The notes under the pieces are model-generated. The model ran no database searches. It saw only the letters and a program-made list of their open reading frames with translations, and was not told the DNA's origin. Positions 8,768 to 18,996 of a stretch of 64,000 bases of DNA are shown here, one piece after another. The position numbers were made by a program, and so were the translations under genes. The stretch lies in NCBI RefSeq assembly GCF_000737315.1, contig NZ_JMCB01000003.1:153394-217393 (forward strand), given 5' to 3'. Positions within the stretch are counted from its first letter, which is position 1. Each line of letters opens with the position of its first letter. Source of the stretch: Hyalangium minutum. Its GTDB lineage: Bacteria; Myxococcota; Myxococcia; Myxococcales; Myxococcaceae.

Positions 8768-10705
8768 TTATTTCCGCCGCGAGGGGCACCGGCCGCAGTG
8801 CTCCGAGAGGTGGAGCGCGTACACCACCCCTGCGGTTTCGTTGCGTGCCAGCAGCTCCGTGGGCTTGGACTGCACCCCGCGCGCGAACGCCTGCACCGTC
8901 TTCCACGCCGTCTTGGGATCTGGGGAGAACAGTGCCCCGTGGGCCGAGTCCTCCCACTGCAGCGTGCTCATCCAGTACTCCCAGCGGCCCGCGTCGGCGG
9001 ACTCGGGCAGGGCGATCTCCGAGACCCGGGCCTCCTTGAACAGTGGCTTCACTTGAAGCTGGGCCTCGTAGCGCTCCACCTCGAGCGGCAGCTCGAACAG
9101 GAAGAGGCGCCCCGGCGGAGCCCCGGAGCCGGCGCGCACCGTCACCCGCATTCGAGAAGGCCTCGGGTACGCATCCTCCAGGCGCGCGGTGGCCTTCACG
9201 TACGCCGTGATCACATCCGAGTGGTCCGTGAGGGCCTCGTCCACCGCCACCTTGTTGCGCAGCACGTGCTCGCGCTCCTTGGCGTCGTACTCGGACAGGT
9301 CCGACAGGCACACGTCGCACGGTGAGGTGAGCCCCGTTATCAGCGCGCAGACGCTCCCCGACGGCTTCGAATATTCGCCGTCGGGATCGAACTCCAGCGT
9401 CTCGACCTGCGCCGCCAGCGGCGAGCCCGAGCACCCGTAGATGCTCGTCACCGTCTCGATCTTCCACTCCTTGCTCTGGGCCAGTGTCCCTCCCGGCGCT
9501 GCTTCCTTCATCCGGACTGCCGCGGCCACCGCCAACCGGTAGCGCTCGCCGTGGAAGGCCTCGTCGATCAGCGCCGGAGCAACCTGCGGCACTTCCTGGG
9601 GCTCGGCGATGATGAGGGCTCGTTTCAGCAACTCCATCCGCTCCTGGCCGTGCTCCTCACGAGAGAGGGTGTTCACCTGGGCCAGGTGCTCGGTGGCGCT
9701 GAGGCGCTTCGCCTGGAGGACCGCGAGCCGCATGTATCCCCGCGAGCTGAGGCCCCGCTGTTCGGGAGAGAGCGCCGCGGTCTCGCCCGCGTCGATCTTC
9801 GCCAGATCCCCCAGGTTCACCGCCATCCACGGCGTCTTCTTCGCGACGAGCGCCACGTGAGCCCACGGCCCTTGGACGTTGAGCACCTCCACGGCTGCGT
9901 TCACCGGGAGCATGGTCACGATGGCATCTCGATCATCCGGGCCCTCGCGCACCGAGGCCCGGTACGGGATGACATAGCCCTGGGTACCCTTGGCGGGAGG
10001 CGCGGCCTCCGTGGCCGCCTTCTCCGTGAAGTCAATCAGCTCTCGCCCCAGCTCTCCTGGCTCCGTCTCAGCGACGGTGATCGCCTCCACGAGCGCACCG
10101 CTCCGGCCGTTGCCCTCGGCCATCGCCAGGGCTGCCTTCGCCAGCGGCTTCGCTCGCTCGAAGTCTCCCTTCTTGAGGTACTCGCTGGAGGCCTCCAGCA
10201 GGTTGCGCGTCAGAGGCTTCTCCGCCGAGAGCCCGAACTCGTCCACGTAGCCGCGCAGCGCCCCTCCTTGGATCACCCCGTGGTACTCCGCCGCGCCGGG
10301 AGGCTCCTGGGCCAGCAGCTGAACCTCCGTGCCCAGCTTCAGCGTCTCCACGACGCGCCCCGAGGACTCCCGCGTCGCATGCACGGGCACCTCCTCCAGC
10401 CGCACGAACCGGGTCTCGCCTCGGAGCGGGTAGGGGGCCAGTCCATCGAGCTTCGTCCAGCGGGTGCCTCCCTTCGCCTCGATGCGGTACCACGCCGCGT
10501 CCTCCCAGAACCGAGGGGAGTGCACCTGGACCCGTGCGCCCAGCGGCAGCTTCTCCACCACGTCGGCGTCGTCGCGCGCCTCGCTCCGGAGCTCCAGGCT
10601 GTCCTGGGTGACGGTCATCTCCTGCGAGGAGCCGCAGGCCCCACCGAGCAGCAGCACCAGGGCCCAGGCCACGGCATGGAGCAACGAGAGCGTTCGCGAG
10701 CGCAT
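8768..10705 (-). CDS. hypothetical lipoprotein
   Basis: Start MRSRTLSLLHAVAWALVLLLGGACGSS (signal peptide, lipobox-like GGAC); 645 aa; no recognisable catalytic motif. Confidence 0.6.
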   Translation of the reverse strand: MRSRTLSLLHAVAWALVLLLGGACGSSQEMTVTQDSLELRSEARDDADVVEKLPLGARVQVHSPRFWEDAAWYRIEAKGGTRWTKLDGLAPYPLRGETRFVRLEEVPVHATRESSGRVVETLKLGTEVQLLAQEPPGAAEYHGVIQGGALRGYVDEFGLSAEKPLTRNLLEASSEYLKKGDFERAKPLAKAALAMAEGNGRSGALVEAITVAETEPGELGRELIDFTEKAATEAAPPAKGTQGYVIPYRASVREGPDDRDAIVTMLPVNAAVEVLNVQGPWAHVALVAKKTPWMAVNLGDLAKIDAGETAALSPEQRGLSSRGYMRLAVLQAKRLSATEHLAQVNTLSREEHGQERMELLKRALIIAEPQEVPQVAPALIDEAFHGERYRLAVAAAVRMKEAAPGGTLAQSKEWKIETVTSIYGCSGSPLAAQVETLEFDPDGEYSKPSGSVCALITGLTSPCDVCLSDLSEYDAKEREHVLRNKVAVDEALTDHSDVITAYVKATARLEDAYPRPSRMRVTVRAGSGAPPGRLFLFELPLEVERYEAQLQVKPLFKEARVSEIALPESADAGRWEYWMSTLQWEDSAHGALFSPDPKTAWKTVQAFARGVQSKPTELLARNETAGVVYALHLSEHCGRCPSRRK

Positions 10706-10768
10706 GTGGCCCGCAGGAAACCCCATCGAGCGGCCCTCGACAATGGCGGCAGAGCCCGGCGCCGCGGT

Positions 10769-11620
10769 TCACCCGCGATAGATGGGGGTGGGAGAGGGGG
10801 GCGTGGTGGCCGGGAGGATCTGCCGGAGCGCTTCGTTGATGGTGCGCCGGTGCCGCCACTGCTTCGGATACCCGAGCGACACCTCCTCGAAGCGCACGCC
10901 TTCCTCCCAGAAGGTGAGAGGGATGTGCAGGTGGCCGGTGACGACGACCTCGGCCCGGAAGCGCTGGGGCCAGTCCTCGGTCTGCCGCGTCCCGCACCAG
11001 ATGGAGAAGCGGGGGATGCGCGGGAGGCGGGCGTGGTGCCGGCGCAGCGGGAAGTGGTTGACGAGGATCGTCGCGCAATCCGAGGGCAGGGCCTCCAGGC
11101 GCTTTCGGGTCTGCTCACAGCGCGCGGCGCACCACGCGGAGCGCGAGGGGTACGGATCGGGGAACAGGAGCGACTCGTCCGCGCACAGCACACCGGACTC
11201 CACGGCCCAATTCACCGCGTCCTGCTCGGGGACGTCATCCGGGCGGAACGAGTAGTCATAGAGCAAGAAGAGCGGCGCGATGATCCGCGGAGGGCCCTCT
11301 CCGGGCCACCGGGGATACGGGTCCTCGGGCGTGAGGACTCCGTGGCTCCGGCACACGTCGACGAGCTGCTGGTACTGAGCCTCTCCCCGAGGTGCCGAGG
11401 GGCTCTGGGAGAGTGTCCACAGCTCGTGGTTGCCGGGGACCCAGAGGAGCTGCCGGAAGCGCGGAGCCAGCGTCTCGAAGGCAAACTCCAGATCCTCGGG
11501 AGCCTCGCCCACGTCTCCGGCGACGATGAGCCAGTCGTCCGGGTGAGGCGAGAGCTGCGCGAGGGCCTCACGGTTCTCGGGGGCACGGACGTGGAGATCG
11601 CTGATGGCGTAGAGCTTCAT
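10769..11620 (-). CDS. metallophosphoesterase (calcineurin-like)
   Basis: MKLYAISDLHV..., GDVGE, GNHE, VTGHLH motifs. Confidence 0.75.
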   Translation of the reverse strand: MKLYAISDLHVRAPENREALAQLSPHPDDWLIVAGDVGEAPEDLEFAFETLAPRFRQLLWVPGNHELWTLSQSPSAPRGEAQYQQLVDVCRSHGVLTPEDPYPRWPGEGPPRIIAPLFLLYDYSFRPDDVPEQDAVNWAVESGVLCADESLLFPDPYPSRSAWCAARCEQTRKRLEALPSDCATILVNHFPLRRHHARLPRIPRFSIWCGTRQTEDWPQRFRAEVVVTGHLHIPLTFWEEGVRFEEVSLGYPKQWRHRRTINEALRQILPATTPPSPTPIYRG

Positions 11621-11695
11621 GTCCGGGTGTCTGGCTCACCGTGAGTGGTGAAAGAGCTGTTGTGCCTGCGGGAATCCTGAGTCTACACCTTCGGC

Positions 11696-12850
11696 ATGGA
11701 GACGCAGAGGACGGTCCTGATTGCGGGAGGCGGTATTGGAGGGCTCACCCTGGGAGTGGCGCTGCGCCGGGCTGGCTTCTCGGTCCGGGTCTTCGAGCGT
11801 GCGGCCTCCCTGCGCCCTGTGGGGGCGGGCATCACCATGCAGACCAACGCGATCCTCGCGTTCCGGACGATCGGGCTCGACGCCGAGGTCGCCGCGGCGG
11901 GCCAGGCCATGCAGCGTGGCTCCATTCTCGATTGGCGAGGCCGCTCGCTCGGGACGATGCTCGTGGGGGAGATGGCCCAGGAGCTTGGCGCTCCGATGAT
12001 CGCCATTCACCGGGCCCGGCTCCAGGAAGTGCTCCAGAAGGCCCTGGGGCCGGAGCCGCTGACGCTGGGCACTCAAGTGGTGGGCTTCCGTGAGGAACCC
12101 GGAAGCGTCGTTGCCCGGCTCTCTGATGGCAGCGAGGTTTCGGGAGAGCTCCTGGTGGGTGCCGACGGCCTGCGCTCCACCGTGCGCGCGCAGCTCCTCC
12201 AGGATGGTGATCCCCCATACGCGGGGTACACGAGCTGGCGGGGCGTGTGCGAGGTCCCCGGAGTCGCGGACACGGCCTTCACCTCGGAGAGCTGGGGCCA
12301 GGGTCTGCGCTTCGGCATCGTGCCCATCGGACAGGGGCGCACCTACTGGTTCGCCACCGCCAACGCTCCTGCGGGCGGAGTGGACACCCCGGATGCCTAC
12401 GGCGAGCTGCTGCTCCGCTTTGGCCACTGGCACTCGCCGATTCGAGCCCTCATCGAGCAGACGCCGGTCACGGCCATCGTTCGCACCGACATCTATGATC
12501 GTCCGCCGGTGCAGAGCTGGGCGCGGGGGCGCGTGGTGTTGCTCGGGGACGCGGCGCACCCGATGACGCCCAACATGGGGCAGGGTGGGGGACAGGCGGT
12601 GGAGGATGCGGTGGTGCTCGCACGGTGCCTGGCCTCCGAGCCGGAGCTGTCCACCGCGCTGACCCGCTACCAGGCCTTGCGTGTGACTCGCGCCAACGGC
12701 TTTGTGAGCCAGTCGCGGCGGCTCGGAGAGGTGGGGCAGTGGGGGAACCCGCTGGCGTGCTGGGTGCGAGACCGGCTCTTCCAGCTCGTGCCCCAGAGCA
12801 GCATCCGCGCCAACCTCCGCCGCGTTTTGACGTTCAAGGCCCAGCCATGA
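11696..12850 (+). CDS. FAD-dependent monooxygenase (salicylate/3-hydroxybenzoate hydroxylase-like, UbiH family)
   Basis: GxGxxG dinucleotide motif VLIAGGGIGGLTLG; DG motif LLVGADGLRSTVR; GDAAH..P motif VVLLGDAAHPMTPNMGQG. Confidence 0.85.
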   Translation: METQRTVLIAGGGIGGLTLGVALRRAGFSVRVFERAASLRPVGAGITMQTNAILAFRTIGLDAEVAAAGQAMQRGSILDWRGRSLGTMLVGEMAQELGAPMIAIHRARLQEVLQKALGPEPLTLGTQVVGFREEPGSVVARLSDGSEVSGELLVGADGLRSTVRAQLLQDGDPPYAGYTSWRGVCEVPGVADTAFTSESWGQGLRFGIVPIGQGRTYWFATANAPAGGVDTPDAYGELLLRFGHWHSPIRALIEQTPVTAIVRTDIYDRPPVQSWARGRVVLLGDAAHPMTPNMGQGGGQAVEDAVVLARCLASEPELSTALTRYQALRVTRANGFVSQSRRLGEVGQWGNPLACWVRDRLFQLVPQSSIRANLRRVLTFKAQP

Positions 12851-12902
12851 GTTGCTGGCGCGCGAGCGATCCGGGGAGAGCCTTCTGCGGTAGGCTGTCC
12901 CC

Positions 12903-13556
12903 GTGTTCCCTCTCCGCATCGTACTGAGTCTCTGTCTGCTCACGGCGAGCGTTTCCTTCGCCCAATCAGCTCCCGTGGATGCTCCCTCTGAGCAGGCTGC
13001 GCCGAAGGGCGAGCTCTTCCCCTACCAGTACAAGTACGAGACCGAGGACTCTCCCGCGCTCGTGTTTCCGCGCGTCGTCGCGGAGGTGTTCGGCGGGGTG
13101 CTCGGCGGCGTGGGGATGGGCATCGTGGGGCTGCTCGCGGGCGTCTCCGCGCTCGAGGATGTGAGCTGCGGCTCGGGCGAGGTGTGCGCGGCCACCATCC
13201 TCATCATCACGGTGCCGGCTGTGTTCGTGGGCATTCCCTTGGGCGTCCAGTACGCCGCGCAAGGACTGGGAGGCCGAGGCGATTTCCTACCGTCGCTCGC
13301 GGGCACTTTGTTGGGCACCGGGGCCGGGCTCCTCTACGGCTTGAGCCAGGACGGACCGGGCTACATGGCGGTGGGCCTTATCGTGGGGCCAGTCCTGGGC
13401 GCCGTGATCGGATACGAGATCTCCCACGCGATGAACGCGTCTAGCTCCTACCAGGCGAGGGCTGGGAGTTCCTCCGCTCAAGCCTTGCGCGTGGCGCCGT
13501 TGATCGGCGCGACGCCTCGGGGCGGCTTCCTCGGAGGGCTGTCCGGGAGCTTCTAG
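12903..13556 (+). CDS. hypothetical glycine-rich membrane/secreted protein
   Basis: Signal peptide MFPLRIVLSLCLLTASVSFAQSA; multiple Gly-zipper-like hydrophobic segments. Confidence 0.5.
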   Translation: MFPLRIVLSLCLLTASVSFAQSAPVDAPSEQAAPKGELFPYQYKYETEDSPALVFPRVVAEVFGGVLGGVGMGIVGLLAGVSALEDVSCGSGEVCAATILIITVPAVFVGIPLGVQYAAQGLGGRGDFLPSLAGTLLGTGAGLLYGLSQDGPGYMAVGLIVGPVLGAVIGYEISHAMNASSSYQARAGSSSAQALRVAPLIGATPRGGFLGGLSGSF

Positions 13557-13559
13557 CCG

Positions 13560-14087
13560 TCACCCGCTGCTCGAGCCCATGTGGCCCGGCGGGTTGCGCA
13601 GCCGCGTGTAGAGCGTCTCCGTCAGCAGGTACCAGAACTGCACGTACCCGATGCTCAGGATGTCCCCATCCTTGAGCGTCACCTCGCGCTTCATGATGAT
13701 CGTCCCGTTGAGGAACGTGCCGTTGCGCGAGCCCAGGTCCTTCATCGTGCAGCGGCGATCGGCCTCGTTCCACTGCAGCACCGCGTGTTGCTTGGACACC
13801 GAGCCGTCATCCAGCACCACGTCGCAGTCCGGCAGTCGCCCGATCATCAGCGAGTCCTGCTCCTTCAGCGGCGGGAGGGTGGCCACCAGCAGGTCCTCGA
13901 ACTCGAACAGCAGCGAGAGCATCCCCTGCTCGATGGTGCCCCGGTTCGCCGTGTGCGTCGGGTCCAACACCGCCGAGGACTCAGGGCTCGGGGGCCGCTG
14001 AATCAGCACGAAGGGCCCGAGCTGCTGGCGGAACTTCGCCTGCGTGAGAGCGGAGCCGAGCGCTCGCATTTCCTTGACCGAGATCAT
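13560..14087 (-). CDS. FHA-domain protein
   Basis: C-terminal FHA signature ...IGRLPDCDVVLDDGSVSKQHAVLQW...GSRNGTFLNG. Confidence 0.7.
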   Translation of the reverse strand: MISVKEMRALGSALTQAKFRQQLGPFVLIQRPPSPESSAVLDPTHTANRGTIEQGMLSLLFEFEDLLVATLPPLKEQDSLMIGRLPDCDVVLDDGSVSKQHAVLQWNEADRRCTMKDLGSRNGTFLNGTIIMKREVTLKDGDILSIGYVQFWYLLTETLYTRLRNPPGHMGSSSG

Positions 14088-14331
14088 CGTGGGTCCACCT
14101 TAATAGATCGCCGTCATGCCCACCCGCAGATCCGCACCCAGGGTCCGCGTCCAGGTCCAGGGTTCACCGGTCACCACCCCGGGACCTTTCCGGCAGCCTC
14201 GCCCGCTGCTTTCGTTTGCCCGGTTGCCGTTCGTCTCCTACATTCGGAAACTTCGTAAAGGCTGCTCCGGGTACCCCCGGCGAGGGGGCGGACAGGCGAA
14301 CACTCATCTGGTGGCGGAAGGAGCTGTGTCG

Positions 14332-14838
14332 ATGAGCGGGAACATCCCGATGACCCCTTATGGTCTCCGCAAGCTCAAGGAGGAACTCAAGCACCTCCAG
14401 ACGGTGGAGCGCGGGAAGATCACTCGGGAGATTGAGGTCGCGCGGGCCCATGGTGACCTGAAGGAGAACGCCGAGTACCACGCGGCCAAGGAGAAGCAGT
14501 CCCACATCGAGGGACGCATCCTGGATCTCAATGACTGGATCGCCCGAGCCGAGGTGATCGACACCAGCAAGCTCAAGGGGGATGCCGTCGTCTTTGGCGC
14601 TACCGTGATGCTGCGGGACTCGGACACCGACAAGACGGTGACGTACCGGATCGTCGGGGAACTGGAGGCCGACATCAAGAAGCGCTGGCTGGCGGTCACC
14701 TCCCCCGTGGCCCGCGCGCTCATCGGCAAGAAGATGGGCGACACCGCCGTGGTCCGCAGTCCCGGAGGCGAGAAGGAGTACGAGATCGAGGAGATCCGCT
14801 TCGAGGATCCCCCGGACGACGCCCCGTCCCCTCCTTGA
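14332..14838 (+). CDS. greA: transcription elongation factor GreA
   Basis: MSGNIPMTPYGLRKLKEELKHL...GDLKENAEYHAAKE... matches GreA N-terminal coiled coil and C-terminal FKBP-like domain; longer upstream ORF extension is non-coding-like. Confidence 0.9.
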   Translation: MSGNIPMTPYGLRKLKEELKHLQTVERGKITREIEVARAHGDLKENAEYHAAKEKQSHIEGRILDLNDWIARAEVIDTSKLKGDAVVFGATVMLRDSDTDKTVTYRIVGELEADIKKRWLAVTSPVARALIGKKMGDTAVVRSPGGEKEYEIEEIRFEDPPDDAPSPP

Positions 14839-14860
14839 CGCCTCGCGATATGCAGCTGCC

Positions 14861-14900
14861 GGGGGAGTGGGCATCTGCTCGCTCCCCCGCTTTCATTTCG
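14861..14900 (+). terminator. candidate intrinsic terminator after greA
   Basis: GGGGGAG...CTCCCCC inverted repeat followed by GCTTTCATTT. Confidence 0.35.
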
Positions 14901-14947
14901 TGCGGGACGTCATCCCTGCTTTTTAGGATGAGCGCTCGGACCCGCTT

Positions 14948-17677
14948 GTGAACCATCCTCTTGCCAGCCTCGTGGGACCGCTGCGCTACGCGTGCCAGCG
15001 GGACTTCGCCCAGCTCTCCACCGTGAGGGATCTGCGTGGCGTCATCGAGCGCACCCTGGCGGGGGCCTCGGGCGTGGAGCCGCGTGCCCTGTCGCTGTTG
15101 CGCGCCGCGCTGCCCCATGTGGACCACCCCCTGTTGGACCGTCGTAAGGCCGCCCTGCGGAGGGTGGTGGCGGCGCTGAAGATGGGCGGGGTGGCCCTGC
15201 CGGCCGAGCTGGAGCAGGTGATTCGCGGAGAGACGGGCGGCTTCTTGCCCGAGCCCGTGGGGGACGGCGGCGAGGCGAGGGCAGAGGCAGCCGTAGCGCC
15301 TGTGAGGCCTCCCTCGGGCAGGCAGGAGCCGGAGCGTGAGAGTCCGGCACAGCGCCCGGCGGCGGTTCCCGCTTGGAAGTCCTCAGAGCCCGTCGCGTCT
15401 CCCGCCGCGTTGAGGTTCTCTCCGGAGACTCCGGTCCGGCCTGCGGCTGCGCGGATGTCTCCTGCGGCCGAGAAGGCGGAGAAGGTCGAGAAGAAGGCCG
15501 CCCCCGCGAAGAAGCGCAAGAGCGCGCCTGGGGCAGAGGCATCCCGGGCCGAGGCGAAGCTCCTGTCCATCGCGCCGCGCTCGGGACCGCTGTCCGTTCC
15601 GCTCAAGACGCTGGGCAAGCGGCTGGGTCCGCGTCTGCTGGGCGCCCTCAACAAGAAGGGCTTGCGCCGGGTGGGTGACATCCTCTTCCTGCTGCCGCGC
15701 TGCTACGAGGACCGGCGCCGTCTGCTGACCATCGCCGAGCTGAACCCCGGCGAGCGCGGCGTCACCGTGGGCATCGTCAAGCACGCGGACTATGCCGCCG
15801 GCCGCAATGGCAAGCGCTACTTCAAGGCCGTCATCGCGGACCGCTCCGGCAGCATCGCCTGCACCTACTTCCACGCGGGCCCCTGGCTGAAGGCGCGCTT
15901 CACGGTGGGCAAGCGGATCGTGCTCTCGGGTGAGGTGCGCGCCTCCACCACCGGGCGCGAGATGGCCCACCCGGAGATCGAGCCTGCCGAGGACATCGAG
16001 TCCTCCTCCGTCCACTTCAGCCGCATCGTCCCGGTGTACCCAGGCTTCGAGCGGGGCGATCAGCGCTCGTTCCGCGAGGTCGCCGCTCGGGTTGCCGACT
16101 CCTACGCCCAGCACCTTGAGGAGCCTCTCCCCGAGTCTCTCCGCAAGCGGCTGGGGTTGATGACGCTCACCGAGGCCCTGCGCAGCATCCACTTCCCCCC
16201 GGATGAGTCGGACCTGGGCCTGCTCGATGCGCACCGCAGCCCCGCGCACCGGCGGCTCGCGTTCGATGAGCTGTTCTTCCTGCAGCTCGGGGTAGGGCTC
16301 AAGCGCCAAGGCGTGAAGGTGGAGAAGGGCATCGCCTTCAATGTCTCCCCCGAGCGGCTGGCACAGGCGCGGGGCGCGCTCCCGTTCCAGCTCACCGGCG
16401 CCCAGTCCCGGGTGGTCGAGCAGCTTGCCCAGGACATGGCTCGCTCCGAGCCCATGAACCGGCTCGTCCAGGGCGACGTGGGCTCTGGCAAGACGGCCGT
16501 GGCACTCGTGGCCGCGCTGGTTGCGCTGCAGGACGGCTACCAGGTGGCCGTGATGGCGCCCACGGAGATCCTCGCCGAGCAGCACGAGCGCACCTTCCAG
16601 CGCCTCCTGGAGCCGCTCGGGTTCCGGGTGGGGCTGGTCAGCGCCGCCGGTACCGCCAAGCAGAAGCGCGAGGTCCGCGAGGCCGTGGCCCGAGGGGAGA
16701 TCCACCTCGCCGTGGGCACGCACGCGCTCGTCCAGGAAGAGATGTCCTTTGATCGGCTGGGGTTGGCTGTCATCGACGAGCAGCACCGCTTCGGTGTGCT
16801 CCAGCGCCACACGCTCATGAGCAAGGGCCCCAAGCCGGACGTGCTGGTGATGACCGCCACGCCCATCCCTCGCACCCTGGCGATGACGCTCTATGGAGAT
16901 CTGGACGTCTCCATCATCGACGAGCTGCCCCCGGGCCGTACGCCCGTGTCCACCCGTGTCTTCAGTGAGCAGCACCGTCCTCGCGTCTACGAAGGTGTGG
17001 CCGCCGAGCTGGCCAAGGGCCACCAGGCCTACGTCGTCTATCCGCTGGTCGAGGAGTCCGAGAAGCTCGACCTGGAGGACGCCACGCGGGGCGCGGACAA
17101 GCTCCAGCAGGTGTTCCCACAGGCGCGGGTGGGCCTGCTCCACGGGCGCATGAAGCCCGAGGAGAAGGACGCCGTCATGGAGGACTTCCGCCAGAAGCGC
17201 ATCCACCTCTTGGTGTGCACCACCGTGGTGGAGGTGGGCGTGGACGTGCCCAACGCCTCGGTGATGGTCATCGAGCACGCCGAGCGCTTCGGCCTCTCGC
17301 AGCTGCACCAGTTACGCGGCCGGGTGGGGCGCGGCGCCGCCGTGAGCCACTGCTACCTCGTGGCCAGCCCGGCCCGATCCTGGGAGTCCACCGAGCGTCT
17401 GTCGGTGATGGAGCACAGCAATGACGGCTTCGTCATCGCGGAGAAGGATCTGGAGATCCGCGGGCCCGGCGAATTCCTCGGCACGCGGCAGAGCGGAATG
17501 CCCGAGCTCGCGGTGGCCAACCTGGCGAGGGACGGGGATCTGCTCGCGGTGGCCCAGGTCGAGGCCCGGCGCATCCTGGAGGCGGATCCGCACCTGCGTG
17601 CCTCCGATCATCAGGGGCTGGTCAAGGCGCTCGAGGAGCGGTGGGAAGGCCGGTTGGCGCTGGCCCAGGTGGGGTAG
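14948..17677 (+). CDS. recG: ATP-dependent DNA helicase RecG with long N-terminal low-complexity extension
   Basis: Helicase motifs GDVGSGKT, DEQHRFG, and the C-terminal conserved region; GTG start per ORF track; about 220-aa N-terminal extension rich in A/P/K. Confidence 0.9.
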   Translation: MNHPLASLVGPLRYACQRDFAQLSTVRDLRGVIERTLAGASGVEPRALSLLRAALPHVDHPLLDRRKAALRRVVAALKMGGVALPAELEQVIRGETGGFLPEPVGDGGEARAEAAVAPVRPPSGRQEPERESPAQRPAAVPAWKSSEPVASPAALRFSPETPVRPAAARMSPAAEKAEKVEKKAAPAKKRKSAPGAEASRAEAKLLSIAPRSGPLSVPLKTLGKRLGPRLLGALNKKGLRRVGDILFLLPRCYEDRRRLLTIAELNPGERGVTVGIVKHADYAAGRNGKRYFKAVIADRSGSIACTYFHAGPWLKARFTVGKRIVLSGEVRASTTGREMAHPEIEPAEDIESSSVHFSRIVPVYPGFERGDQRSFREVAARVADSYAQHLEEPLPESLRKRLGLMTLTEALRSIHFPPDESDLGLLDAHRSPAHRRLAFDELFFLQLGVGLKRQGVKVEKGIAFNVSPERLAQARGALPFQLTGAQSRVVEQLAQDMARSEPMNRLVQGDVGSGKTAVALVAALVALQDGYQVAVMAPTEILAEQHERTFQRLLEPLGFRVGLVSAAGTAKQKREVREAVARGEIHLAVGTHALVQEEMSFDRLGLAVIDEQHRFGVLQRHTLMSKGPKPDVLVMTATPIPRTLAMTLYGDLDVSIIDELPPGRTPVSTRVFSEQHRPRVYEGVAAELAKGHQAYVVYPLVEESEKLDLEDATRGADKLQQVFPQARVGLLHGRMKPEEKDAVMEDFRQKRIHLLVCTTVVEVGVDVPNASVMVIEHAERFGLSQLHQLRGRVGRGAAVSHCYLVASPARSWESTERLSVMEHSNDGFVIAEKDLEIRGPGEFLGTRQSGMPELAVANLARDGDLLAVAQVEARRILEADPHLRASDHQGLVKALEERWEGRLALAQVG

Positions 17678-17731
17678 CCGCCTGCCAGGACCCACGCACC
17701 GTGGCTAGATTCCCAGGAGCGGGGTGCGGCC

Positions 17732-18367
17732 ATGGGTGACTTGGAGCTCGCGGACTTCCTGGAGCGGCAGGGGATCCGAGATCGGCGGGTGCTCGATGCA
17801 ATCCGGCGCTTGAGCCGGGCGGACTTCGTTCCGGAGACCGCGCGCGATGCCGCCACCCAGGACTCCCCGTTGTCCATTGGTCATGGGCAGACCATCAGCC
17901 AGCCCTACATCGTGGCGCTCATGTCCCAAGCCCTCGAGCTGCAGGGACACGAGCGGGTGCTGGAGATCGGCACCGGCTCGGGCTACCAGACAGCCGTCCT
18001 GGCGCTCCTGTGTCGGGAAGTGTACTCCGTGGAGATCGTGCCCTCGCTCGCCCGCTCGTCGAGGAAGCTGCTGAGGCAGTTGGGCTTCGAGAACGTCTAT
18101 CTGCGGCTGGGGGATGGCACGCAGGGGTGGCCCGAAGCCGCGCCCTTTGACGCCACTATCGGCACGGCGGCTCCCGAGGCCGTACCTCCCAAGCTGCTCG
18201 GGCAGCTTCGGCCCGGGGGGCGCATGGTCATCCCGGTGGGTTCCCAGGGGCAGAGCCAGGAACTGCTGCGAATCACCCGCGCCCGGCAAGGCGGTGTCCC
18301 CCGGGTCGAGCACCTGCTCCCCGTGCGGTTCGTGCCGATGACGGGGGAGGCCTTGAACCCGGGGTAG
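17732..18367 (+). CDS. pcm: protein-L-isoaspartate O-methyltransferase
   Basis: GHGQTISQPYIVALM and SAM motif VLEIGTGSGYQTAVLA. Confidence 0.9.
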   Translation: MGDLELADFLERQGIRDRRVLDAIRRLSRADFVPETARDAATQDSPLSIGHGQTISQPYIVALMSQALELQGHERVLEIGTGSGYQTAVLALLCREVYSVEIVPSLARSSRKLLRQLGFENVYLRLGDGTQGWPEAAPFDATIGTAAPEAVPPKLLGQLRPGGRMVIPVGSQGQSQELLRITRARQGGVPRVEHLLPVRFVPMTGEALNPG

Positions 18368-18414
18368 AGCACTGTGCGTTGCCCCCGGGCGCCTCGGCCC
18401 GTTAACGTGCGCTC

Positions 18415-18996
18415 ATGATCATCTGCCCGGTGTGTGAGCACCAGCAGGCCCAAGGGGACGAGTGCGACAACTGTGGCAAGAAGCTCCAGGTGCCCAGAGC
18501 CGCCGCCGCCGTGGCCGTGCAAACCCTCCCTGAACTCGAGCAGACCCTCCACGCGGGTGGGCGTGTGGCGGTCGATGCCCCTCTTATTCCCGAACTGGAC
18601 TCGACCCGCCAGAAGGCCGGGCCGGACCTGCCCGTCCAGGTGGTGCAGGACATGGAGACCACCCGCGCGGCGCCCATCGACAAGGTGAGCGTCGAGGCCG
18701 TGACGGACCTGGACACGGGCCGCGCGGCGGATGACGGGGTTCGCACGGCGGCGCCCACGGGCGCAGTGGTGTGCCGGTACTGCCGCAACGTCCAGGCCGA
18801 TGGCATTGTGTGCGACAAGTGCGGCATGCGGCTGCCCAAGGCCCGTCCTGCCCCGCAGGCCGCGGCGAAGGGGGCTGGGGCCTCCGCGTCGGCGGAGGAT
18901 CTGACGTGGATGCCGTGCCAGAAGTGCCGGACGCCCACCCGGCCCAACAAGATCTGCTCGGTCTGTGGCACGCGCGTGGTAGCAGTCGACGCATGA
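18415..18996 (+). CDS. hypothetical zinc-ribbon protein (three CxxC pairs)
   Basis: CPVCEH..CDNCG, CRYCRN..CDKCG, CQKCR..CSVCG; stop overlaps thrC start (ATGA). Confidence 0.5.
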   Translation: MIICPVCEHQQAQGDECDNCGKKLQVPRAAAAVAVQTLPELEQTLHAGGRVAVDAPLIPELDSTRQKAGPDLPVQVVQDMETTRAAPIDKVSVEAVTDLDTGRAADDGVRTAAPTGAVVCRYCRNVQADGIVCDKCGMRLPKARPAPQAAAKGAGASASAEDLTWMPCQKCRTPTRPNKICSVCGTRVVAVDA

